Source: Cenococcum geophilum
Lineage: Eukaryota
Reading direction: 5' to 3'
DNA length: 64,000 nt
Assembly: GCA_050273025.1 (NCBI GenBank)
Contig: CP158635.1
Location: forward strand, 29,264,001-29,328,000
Part shown: positions 27,003-37,084 of the stretch, piece after piece
Position numbering within the stretch: position 1 is the first letter of the stretch
Layout: every line of letters begins with the position of its first letter
Notes under the pieces: model-generated
Databases searched by the model: none
What the model was told of the DNA's origin: nothing
What the model saw: only the letters and a program-made list of their open reading frames with translations
Program-made: the position numbers and the translations under genes

Positions 27003-27790
27003 CTACAGCTCCAACGAATCCTCCCTTTCCTCCCCTCCTTCCTCTTCCTTATTTTCCTCCCCCTCCTCATCCTCCTCCTCTCCCTCCTCCTTATCCTCCT
27101 TACCCTTATCCTCCTCCTTATCCCTTATAATGGGAGGCATATTGGCCTATAAGTACTGTTAGCATACGCTACGACGGCGAAACACCTGCGCTACGACACG
27201 TACTAAAGCGTATATTACGTTAAGAATTCCTTCGAGAGTACGACGGATGGCCTATAATTCCTGCACTTAGAGCAGGGGAAAGTCTTCGCCCTTTAGGCGC
27301 TGGCGGAAACCGTGCTTAGCGCTAGTGCGCATTAAGGCCTTAACATCCTTCGTAAAGGACTTCTGGGCGGCAGCGACACGAGCGTTAAGGTTAGCCGTGT
27401 CTCCGCTAGTAACCCGCCGGCGCTTAGCCCTGTCAATAAGGGCGAGCAGCTCGTTTAGGCGGCTATAAAAGGCCTTAGGGACCTAGTCTATTAGCTATTA
27501 GAACCTAAACCAACGCACTTAGACGTACTGGTTGGCACGACTTATTTAGTTATCGGCAGTACCTATAATTGCGGTTGGCCTGCTTGCCGTAGGTAGCCCG
27601 CCTAGCCGTAGCTACACGCTTGGCGTAACAGAGGCAAATTAGTTCTAGCAAAGCTGGGGGAGCGGCTTGTGAGCGGCGTGGGAGCTTCAACGGCGCCTAG
27701 TAGGGTTAGCGATAGCTATAAGCTAGTATAAAGAATACTTACGGAAAGCTTATGAGTAGGCGAACTAACGGCTTGGCGCTTGCGATTTAT
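27003..27790 (-). pseudogene. Antisense 4-exon accessory gene in Gypsy D: basic N-terminus, Zn2Cys6-like cysteine cluster, helical domain, acidic tail (~212 codons; RIP-damaged)
   Basis: Exons 27790-27743, 27696-27529, 27482-27204 and 27146-27003. Three phase-0 introns (46, 46, 57 bp) have GTAAGT/GTACGT donors, GCTAAC/GCTAAT branch sites and TAG acceptors. The frame is continuous. The three internal stops (TAA, TAA, TAG) and the ATA start are all single RIP-type changes. Confidence 0.8.
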
Positions 27791-27909
27791 AATTAATTGG
27801 AAATTGTAGAGAAGGCGAGTCGCAGGCTAAAAGAATTGGAATGGACTTGGAAGGGAAATCTAATATCCTACCTAGGTGGGAACTCCTACCTTTATAGATC
27901 TCTATAAGG

Positions 27910-27957
27910 TCCTATTGTTACATTATCCTATTGTTATATTATCCTATCGTTACATTG
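27910..27957. repeat. Three tandem 16-bp repeats (TCCTATYGTTAYATTR) upstream of the antisense gene
   Basis: tcctattgttacatta / tcctattgttatatta / tcctatcgttacattg. A minus-strand TATAAA lies just downstream at ~27891-27896. Confidence 0.8.
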
Positions 27958-29139
27958 TCCGATTTACTTAAATTTGTTAAAAACCTTTTATTTAGAGAAG
28001 GATAATAATAGCACTCCTATTATATAATAGCGTCGGCTGAGGACAGCCGCTTAAGAAGGGGGGGGCAATTGTTAGGCCATAAAGACGTATTAGCCATAAC
28101 CGGCTTAGCGCAGGCGAGGCGCAGGCGAGGCGCCTATAAAACGTAGTCGCCCCGTATTAGAGAACAGCAGAATTTAGTTCTATAGTTCTACTTTATTAAG
28201 AACTAGAAACTCTTTGCATCCCGCTACTGTTATTACGTTATTATATGCCCTAAGGACCTTGGCGTCCTAATACTATATAAGGAGGACCTAAGGATTAAAA
28301 GAGCTTAGGTAAAGGAGGTTAAGGACTAGGCAACTAACCGGAAAATAAAACTCCTTTAGGAATAAGAGGACCGTACCAAAATGCTACGCGTCCAAAAAGA
28401 ATAGGAAGATTAGGCGACTAAACTCTATATATTAAGCCTCGCTATGGTAACAGCGAGATTAGCTATAGCAGTATTATTCTTAACCCTAATTAATAAACTA
28501 GGTAAGTTACTCCTATTTATAGCTAATATCCTAAATACTTTTCTCCCTGGCGTCCTAAATAAAGAGATACTTAAGGTATTTCGGGGTACTTTCTTGCCTA
28601 ATAACCTCTCTTGCCTCTGGATACACCAGCTCTAGTTTAAGCCTTAGAATAATATCCTTATTATTAATAGCGTCCTTTTTATAAGACTAAAAAAAGGGAT
28701 AATAAAGAACTACCCGTCCGTTAAAGTATGGGTAGAGGGCTTCCTTAACTATATAATAATTTTGATTGTTATATATAAGAATCTTTCGGTAGATCTTATT
28801 CCCCAAATACTTGCCTTTTATAATTAAGTTATCTGGCTATCTACTACCTACTAAATTGCTCCCTTAATAACTATGGCCTTAGAGTACTACTTTATAGTTA
28901 TTTAAAAGAACTAGTTAGAGCTAGCTAACTAGAAGATCTTTAGTAACTTCTTAGATATCTATTATAATCCTAGTACTTATAAATCCGTATCTATCTTAAA
29001 ACGCGCGTAAGTAAGTACTAATATCTTAAGGACCTATTATAGCTTTAATAGAGGGAAGTATAACCTAGGTAAGAATTGTAAGTTCCCGTATACCTATAGC
29101 AAGTATAGTAGCCCGTATGCTGTAAGGAATTATAAGTAG

Positions 29140-30900
29140 TAATTACTAGAGGAAAGTGTTAATAAGGAAAAGGAAGAGGAGGAAGAGGATTTTATTAAGC
29201 TATACCTATACTCTGCCGAAACCGTGCTCTACCCTTATAGTATAGGTAGGCCGAATACTATACTATTATTTCCAGTCTTTCTGCCCTCCTCTTCTCTATA
29301 GGACTCTCCCTCCCCCTTAATTATTTAAGCGTGGGGGCGTTATCTATCCCTATACCCTAGCAACCTCTAACGTAATATTATCGGTATCTTAAAGTTTGGA
29401 TACCAGATTAGGGTAGACCTAGAAATTAAGCTCCTCTCCTAGAAGAACTAAGCCTTAATAGCCGCAAATACAGTCCTAATCTTAGAGAAGATTAGCGCCA
29501 ATCTAGATATAGGTAGGATTGCAATAGTAATATCTCCTATTATATCCTTGCCGCTAGGTTTAGTACCTAAAGTAGATAGGGGATAGCGCCGTATTTATAA
29601 CTTATCCTTACTATCTGGCCAATCTGTTAATAACTTAATCCCTATAGCATTTGCTACACTACAATATTTAATAGTTAATTAGGTTCTCTAATACGTTATA
29701 TATATAGGCTATAGTTATATAATTGTTAAGAGGGATATTAAGGACGCCTTTCGGAATATCCCACTTTCTATTAAAGCTTAACGCCTTATAGGGTTTTCCT
29801 AAAAGGGTGTGGTGTATTTTAAACGTTGCCTCTTATTCGGCCTTTAAACTACACCCTTTTTATTTAATCTTTTTACGGAGGGATTTTACTGGATACTTAT
29901 CTAATATATCCTAAACGCCGCCTTAAAGCACTATTTAGATAACTTTATCTTTATACTCTCTAACGCTTCTATTCTCCCTTAATTGCTTAGTATATATAAC
30001 CAATTAAGTAATAAATTAGGCATCCTATAAAATGAATTAAAGAATATTAAAGGCACTATAGCTAAAGTCCTAGGTTATATTATAGATACTCTAAAGTCTA
30101 AGCTGCGTCTTTCTCCTTTAAAATAGGCTACTATAATTAAGGAGATTAATAAAGCGTTAAGTGGTAGATCCCTAACGCTAGTTTAAAGTTAAAAACTGGC
30201 TAGTAGACTTGCTTAGAGCGCCTAGGTAATTAGGCTTAGGCGTTTATATAACCGCTCTATCTAGGAGTTTATCTCTACTTTTATAAAGGTAGGTGGTTAT
30301 CCTTACTAATAGCTAATAGCTAAACTTCGCCAAGACTTGTTATGGTGGAGGGATACTCTTACCCTTTTAAATGGTATTCTCTTCTTTAATAATACGGATT
30401 AAAAATAATTCTATCTCTTCTTAGATATATCTAGGATTCTTAGTTACGGGGCCTTCTTCTTCCTTAAGGATTCTTAAGGGACAACATAGCCGCCCTATTC
30501 GGTATCTCTACCCTAAGACGATTCTTTAAGCTACTACCCTAATATAGAACACCGCCTTGCCCTAATTAATAAGCGGGAGGTCCAAGCAATTACGACCTTA
30601 TTCTAGCTCTAGGTAACGCGGTAGGAGCATAGCTTAGTTTATATCTATACGGATAATATAGTAGCACTCTTAGGATTCTAGAATACGGTGGTAAAAGGAC
30701 TAGGTAATTACCCGCTCTATAAGATCCTCTAACTAGCTATAGCCTACGATATTACGCCCTATATAGAGTGGGTTTCCTCTATAGAAAACGGGCTAGCTAA
30801 TACTCTATCTCGTTTTAATTGCGATAGGGTGTTATTACTATACCCGCATTAGGATACTTCTAATTTACCATTACTATACGCTTCTTTATTATATTTAATC
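29140..30900 (+). pseudogene. Ngaro RT/RNase H pseudogene
   Basis: DIRS-type RT motifs (GLVPK, DIKDAF, CL(P)FGL.T.PFLFN, HYLD(D)) and RNase H motifs (YTDN, N.LA(D).LSR), with many RIP stops. Ends approximate. Confidence 0.85.
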
Positions 30901-30929
30901 TAACGCTAAAATAGAAGACCTAGTTCCTC

Positions 30930-32020
30930 TTAAAGACCCCCTACCTAATTTCTGGATTAAGGTAAAAGCCCCCTTAGAATGCTTTGGCTAACTATTATAG
31001 TATAGCCTCTCCAATAGAATAAGAGATTTATACTATCCCGTAATTAAGAATTAGGAGGGCTACTGCGACTTTTATAGAGCGGTAAAGTACCTAGCGCCCC
31101 TCTACTACCTAGGAGAATGGATTACCTAACGGATCTTTGGTAATACTAGTCTAGAAATAAGCCGTATTAAGCCTACTATAGTTAGAGCCTATATCTCCGC
31201 AATTTAATCCCACTATATTAACGCTAATTATAACACCTCCGTCTTTAATAATCCTATTATTAAGAGGATCCTAGACGGTATAATATCTATAAATCCCTCT
31301 ACTACGGTTAAAAGATTGCTAATTACTAAAGACATCCTTGCCTAATTAGTTACCCCAAATACCTAATCCGTTAAGGATCTTAACTTTAACGCTGCCGTTA
31401 CTACGGCCTTTATAGGATTCCTTTATCTAGGCAAGATTACCTATACTAAGGCTTAGAAAGATAGCTACGCCTTCTTTACTATAAAATGTATTAGAAACGA
31501 TATAACGCTAGTAGAGGATTATATAATATTACGTCTAAAGCGTAGTAAAACGGACATTAATTACTAAGGAGTCTTAATTATAATTGCCGCTTTAGGGCAA
31601 CCTAAATGCGCAGTTTAAGCTATAAAACACCTATTTAAAAATAACCCCCAACCTAGAAACGCCCCTTTTTTTTACTTTAAAAGATTAGCCTTTATAAGCT
31701 ACGTAGTTAGGAATAAGCTAAAGTATAGAGTTACCGCTCTTGGCCTCTACTCTAAGCTCTATAACGGACACTTGTTTTAGAAAGGTGCTGCTTAATACGC
31801 TTAAGATAATGGTTTTATAGACAGCTAAATATAGTAACTAGGCCGGTAGTCCTTATAAGCGTTCCAGCTTTACTATTTATTATCCCTAAAAGACCTATTC
31901 TGGCTAAGTATAAACTTCTAATATAGAACGCCAATACCGTTCTTATTATTACTCGCCCTAGATATAATAGGTAAAGGTATTTAGGCACAACGGCGTATAG
32001 AAGTGCCTATTTTGGCACTC
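30930..32020 (+). pseudogene. Ngaro tyrosine recombinase pseudogene
   Basis: AF.GFL(R)LG(E)IT, RLKRSKTD, HSFR-like and LGRWS-like motifs with RIP stops. Ends approximate. Confidence 0.85.
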
Positions 32021-33716
32021 TAATATATTAACTTAAATCTCTCCTTTCCCCCCCTTTTTTATTTTTTATTTTTTCTTCCCCCTATTCTACCTTATGTGGT
32101 ACGGGCGCTGCGCTTCTAGGTCTATAGGCATCACGTTTAGTTAAGGCAGAGTAATCCCCTATAAATAGCCTTATGAATATACCCATTCTTAATTAATGCC
32201 TTTAAGCCCGTACCCACTAATTAGATTAATTAATTCTCTTCTCCGCAAGCGTGTAAATAATAGATAGATATATCTATATGGCTAAGCGAGCACTATAGTA
32301 GCACCCCTATATCTTAGCAATACTAACATCATTAACATTTATAAAATTAAGCCTTACTTGCTTGCTTTCCCTCTTACCCATACCTTTTTCTTTAGTTGTA
32401 TATTTTAGGCTTTATAAATAGATACTGTAGCAATATACTTGCGTATAGGTCCATAGGCATCACGTTTAGTTAAGGCAGGGCAATCCCCTGCAAATGGCCT
32501 TGCGAATATACCCATTCTCAATTAATGCCTTTAAGCCCGTACCCACCAATTAGATTAATTAATCCTCTTCTCCGCAAGCGTGTGAATAATAGACCTAATA
32601 TTAGCGGAATTAGTCTATATAGACCTTATTTAAGACCGCATTAGACATTAATTAAAAATTAAGAATAATATTATCTATAGCTTTACTACCCTCTCTTCCT
32701 AAAAAAGAATATAAAAATATTTATAGAAAAGAATAGAATAAAAACTAGGCTAAGGGTAGGAACTAAACTAAGAATATAAATAGAATACAAACCCTAAAAA
32801 CCGGATACGCACGGACTATAATCCCTAAAAGAACCTACTAGAAATTACCTAATACTTTTATTACTATACTAAGGAATATAGTAACTAGTAAAGCAGCTAT
32901 AGGACTCTTAAATACCTCTAATAGCAAAATAATTACTATTTTATCCCCCTAAGCGGAGCTTATAGTAGCTAATACTAAAATTAAACGGCTATAAGAATTA
33001 CTTAAACCTAGAGACACCTATATATTTAGCGGTAACCTATTAAATAGATATACTATAGTTCTTAACGCCCTATCCTAGCGCCTTTGTAAATCCTCTAAAG
33101 CCTATATAGTACTATCGCGGTTAGTAAAGGTCGCAGATCTCCTACTACTTATAAATAGAATAGACTCTTTTATATATATATATATATATTATATCCGTTA
33201 TATTATACTACGTATAATACTACGCATGCAGCCTCTAGGCTATGGCGCTATAGTTCTATATATATGAATTCTTTTAGGCAGCTTAATATATACTAGTAGC
33301 TATGTCCTAATAGTTTATAAACCTCTAGACTAGGGGTTTACTAGTCCCTAGTAAAATACTAGGTTACTAATAACTAATAGGTAGTTTAGAAAAAAATAGA
33401 AAAGACTATAAGAAATTAAGAAACCCTAACGCCTATCTATGTCCTATTTGTAGTTTATTCTGTCCTTTTGCTCTCTAATATCTATCTACTAAAATCCTAG
33501 TAGGAGTTACCTCCTTCTAAGGATCCTACTGCTATTAGCCACTTTCTAATAGCTATTTCTGTCCTATTTAGAAATAAAAAGAGCGCCTCTCTTCCTTTCT
33601 TTGTGTAAAATAGTTTCTTTTAGAATAGACTCTATATTTAATAACTAGAAGCTCTAATTACGGAATAAGCTTAAAGTTAATACTAACCACTTCCCTACGC
33701 CCCGAGGGGGGGACAC

Positions 33717-33872
33717 TGGAACCTGGTCAGTCTCTATAAGCTCGGCGACGTGCATGTAATAGGTCACGTGACAACGCGCGGGCCACCTTGTAGATATATC
33801 GAGCCCCTTAGATTCTTCGTTATAGAGCCTCTTATTTATATATTCCATACTAGCCTAGTTACCGCCCTGACA
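33717..33872 (+). mobile_element. Possible 3' LTR remnant
   Basis: Poly-G PPT-like run at 33704-33712, then a TG...TGACA-bounded, weakly RIPped segment. No partner copy in the window. Confidence 0.3.
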
Positions 33873-34318
33873 GAATATATATAAAAGGTTCTATAGGGAA
33901 AAATCTAAGGGGCTCGCATTGCTGTAGGTGGATCTCAGGGTTGATTCAGGGTGAATTCGACCTCAGGCGAGGTGAGTATTGGTTGCCCGAACAAATTTGT
34001 ACTTTATCTCGATCATGTTTTCTGGCGGTTGTTCGGAGTAAAAGGGACGTTTCTCTAGTTAAGACTGAATCTATAGTCTTTTCAAGCCCGTCTAATTCAC
34101 GTCATTGAACCAGGTGAGAACATTCAAGAAGCTGTTCATGACGGTTGCATTCATTCATTGTATCAATTTACTTTAAGTAAGAGTGGCCATTCAACTATAT
34201 CATCCGCTCAGAGGCTATTCTCAAAACGGAAGCGCAGCTAAACCGGTGCATTTTCAGGCGACCTTCTATATTAGATGCAATGAGGTCACTTGCTCTTCCA
34301 TCTCCAGAGATCGCATCA

Positions 34319-36443
34319 CTAAGTCCTCTCTGCGCTATCCTTCAGTCCTGTAATCTGATTAAGGACTAGCTTTTGTGAAGTAGAATCCTTGTCGACACAG
34401 AAGTAGCCTACACGCATGCCTTGGAAGCGAATCGACTCTGGGCGATTCTTGTTTGACACATTCGCTTCTCCGGCCTCTTTGGGCCAAGGAGCTCGTCGAC
34501 GAATTTCCTCGAATCCAATCTCAAGCATTGCTTCTGGAAAAATCTGCTCTGATTCGGGGCTCAGATCCGCCAGAAAGCCGTCCGGATGTGCAGACGGATC
34601 CTCGGACTCAAAGAGCTGGTGGTAGACACGGACCTCAGCTTTGACGGGGCTCGACTTTGATGCACTTTCACCGACCCAGTGGATATAGCTATGAATGTAA
34701 GCGGACAGACGGGAGAACATGATGATCGCTCTACTCACGCTTTTGGCTTCTTGAAACGCTCACCTTCCGCTGGCTTCTCGTACCTGGCATGCACACAGGT
34801 GACCAAGCCAGTTACAGCGTCTTTGTCGAAGGAAATGGCGGTGATTGGATAAGGAACTCGTAGAAGACCGACTGACTTTCCGGGTGCAAGTCGAAAGTAG
34901 CCTGAACTATCCTCTTCTCGAAAATCTGAACGCTCTATGTATACCGTCCGAGTGAAGGGGACATAATGCAACTATTGCTCAAGTTAGCAGTGAAGATGCC
35001 CGTATCAGTATTGCCGCTTACGCCAAAAGTCGGGTCTTTCGAGAATGGGACTTCAACCATCTCCTCATGTTCTTCTGGGAGGCCTTCAATCACAACTTTC
35101 AACGGTTCAAGCACCAGCATTAATCGAGGCACAGTACTTTCGAGGTATCGGCGAACACCTTGTTCTAACCTCACCGTCTGGATGTTCGTCTTTGCTTTGG
35201 TAACACCTAGCTCGTTGACGAAAGCTAGGATAGCACCAGGAGGAATACCTCGTCGTTGAAGTGCTATAAGCGTGTAGAGCCGCGGATCATCCCAGCCTCG
35301 GACATGGTTCTTCTCAACTAGCTCTCGGATCTTGCGCTTTGAAAGGACGGTGCCAGTTATGTTGAGGCGGCCATATCTAAAAAAAAATTAAAATTAAAAT
35401 TGTGAGCTTCTCAAAAGCTGGTCCGGATGCCCACATACTCTCTCTGCATAGGCTTGTAAATCTCCAACTTGTCGCACAACCATTCGTACGACTCTCGAGA
35501 CAGCTCGAACTCGGTAGTACAGAGCGAATGTGAGATTCCTTCGATGCTATCACACAGGCAGTGGGCGAAGTCGTACGTAGGATAAATCTTCCATTTGTCA
35601 CCGGTCCGGTAGTGATGCGATTTCTCAAGGACGCGGTACGCAATGAGGTCCCACATCTGCGGATTGGGATTGTCGAGATCCTGTTTCATACGGAGGGAAG
35701 CCTCGCTAGGCTTGTATTTGCCATCCCGCATTGCCCTGAATTCGGCCAAGGACTCGTCTATAGGCCGAGATCGATGTGGACATTGAAGCCGAATGTTTGA
35801 TCGTATGTCATTGGTTCCATCGCCTCGTTGCGCTTTGATCTCCGCTTCTAATCTATCGTCAGCATTCTAGGACATAGGGCTAAGACAAGTGGCGGGTACT
35901 TGAGCAGTGGCAGACATATGCACCGTCTTTCCGTATTAACTCCTCAGCCAAATCATACAATCGGTCGAAGTTGTCGCTAGCACTGGTTATGCGAACAGGC
36001 TTGAATCCCAACCACGAGACAATTTCCTCTATTGAATCAGAGTACTTCTTCTCTTCGCCTGAAGGATTGGTATCATCAAAGCGAAGGATGCAATCACCCC
36101 CGTAAAAGCGTGCGAAGTCGAAATTTATCCTGAGAGCCTTGCTGTGTCCAATATGGAGGTATCCCTGGCAGCAGTCAGTCCCCAAACACGCCGAAAACAT
36201 CATCTGGCATGTGCGGCTTACATTTGGTTCAGGAGGCATCCTAGTTAGTATCCGCGGGATTTGATTAGAGATAGGCCTCTCTTTGTAAACTTCAGCAAGA
36301 AAGCCCGTCTTGAACATGAAGTCAGGATCCTGGACAATTGTCGAATCATCCCTAGCTTCTGTGTCTTGTTTCGGATGCTTGACAGGTCGCTTTGCCGACT
36401 TTGCAGACGGCTTTGGCCGCTCAGGCATATTTGGTACGTCCAT
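34319..36443 (-). CDS. GLN4: Glutaminyl-tRNA synthetase (class I, GlnRS), 617 aa, 6 exons
   Basis: Exons 36443-36222, 36164-35900, 35847-35439, 35376-35022, 34971-34739 and 34688-34319 (1854 nt). Five GT-AG introns of 50-62 bp. Motifs: [55 protein letters not shown], and an anticodon-binding domain ([20 protein letters not shown]). No RIP damage. The start could alternatively be an upstream in-frame start (ORF track extends to 36551). Confidence 0.96.
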
Positions 36444-36785
36444 GATGGCTCTGGTCGAGTTCCGTTGAAGTGGATGTAGAAAGATTTGGTATGTTGATGG
36501 AAAGGATGGTAGGTGTTGTGGACTTGGATCCCAGACAGAGTGACTCATCACTGCGGTTAAGGCAGCAAGGCATAATTGCCCATCAGGCCTGTACTATTAA
36601 AACGCAACCGAAATTAATATCAAAGACCTTACTTCAGCCCTCTATAACATAGATAAAAGTAAAAAAGGTCTTTATTGTGAATATATGGATGATAAATGAC
36701 GTGCTCTTAGCACTAGCACATCACAAACCTAAAACATCAACCCTTCTACAAGGCTGAAACCCCCTAGGACCGGTGCCGGTCGCGG

Positions 36786-37044
36786 TTCGGTTTCTCCCCC
36801 CCCCCCGTGTGCGCGCAACACACACCTAATTTTGCTTTCTTGCACACTAGAGAATTTCAAGTTTAACTCTTGCAATTAAGCTTAAAAATTAGAGACTTTA
36901 CCTTTCTTGTAAGTGCACATACATTGCCTGTGAGTGCACAGCCTTTTTTACAAGTGCACAGTGTCTACGCTGGATAGTGCACTTGACTAGTTGTTAGCGA
37001 AATTAGGTGTGTGTGTTGCGCGCACACGGGGGGAAGAAACCGAA
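36786..37044. mobile_element. ~260-bp MITE-like inverted-repeat element
   Basis: ~50-bp inverted repeats at 36786-36835 and 36997-37044 (ttcggtttct-polyC-gtgtgcgcgcaacacacacctaattt). Several internal GTGCAC motifs. No clear TSD. Confidence 0.7.
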
Positions 37045-37084
37045 GCTCGTACAAGCTGTAAAATCTGCCCATCGCAACTTACAG

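Larger units (their letters stand above)
21690..28272 (+). mobile_element. Full-length Ty3/Gypsy chromovirus, family D, inserted in the Ngaro gag; carries an extra antisense gene
   Basis: 203-bp LTRs at 21690-21892 and 28070-28272. TSD CTATA. PPT aagaagggggggg at ~28053-28065. Gag with CCHC (~23076-23120), then RT/RH. The integrase fragment MDFITGLP.. is in the ORF track (25829-26128). Chromodomain YEVEEI..YLVKWKGW at ~26725-26840. Confidence 0.96.
21265..32594 (+). mobile_element. Ngaro-type (DIRS order) tyrosine-recombinase retrotransposon with split direct repeats, RIP-inactivated
   Basis: Repeat A1 at 21265-21368 equals A2 at 32266-32369. B1 at 32117-32265 equals B2 at 32446-32594, giving A1-ORFs-B1-A2-spacer-B2. 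Gag has a Cys/His finger (~29030-29135). RT motifs: LGLVPK..GWRRI, KRDIKDAFRNIP, HYLD(D)F at 29929. RNase H follows. YR motifs: RLKRSKTD (~31531), GH(S)F(R)KGAA (~31766), LGR(W)S..AFQLY (~31838). Confidence 0.93.
20430..32665 (+). mobile_element. ~0.9-kb insertion (20430-21264 + 32595-32665) with a 12-bp TSD; possibly a 5'-truncated LINE
   Basis: TAATATTATCTA at 20418-20429 and 32666-32677. A-rich 3' tail (attaaaaattaagaa). Weak LINE-like 'L(D)YGIYL(W)' at ~20667-20690. Confidence 0.5.
20192..33170 (+). mobile_element. Truncated Gypsy element related to family B: 5' LTR 20192-20422 and gag start 32678-33170, separated by nested insertions
   Basis: The LTR resembles the reverse complement of the B LTR. 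32670-33170 resembles the reverse complement of the B leader/gag (10260-10777). The two parts join through a duplicated TAATATTATCTA. Confidence 0.75.

Noticed and set aside
36165..36221. Apparent 19-aa insertion in the PPEPN-GYLHIGH motif in the ORF track
   Set aside because: It is an in-frame 57-bp GT-AG intron with a CTGAC branch site.
34416..36652. Plus-strand and off-frame ORFs overlapping the GlnRS gene
   Set aside because: Shadow ORFs of a GC-balanced coding region; the spliced minus-strand model explains the sequence.
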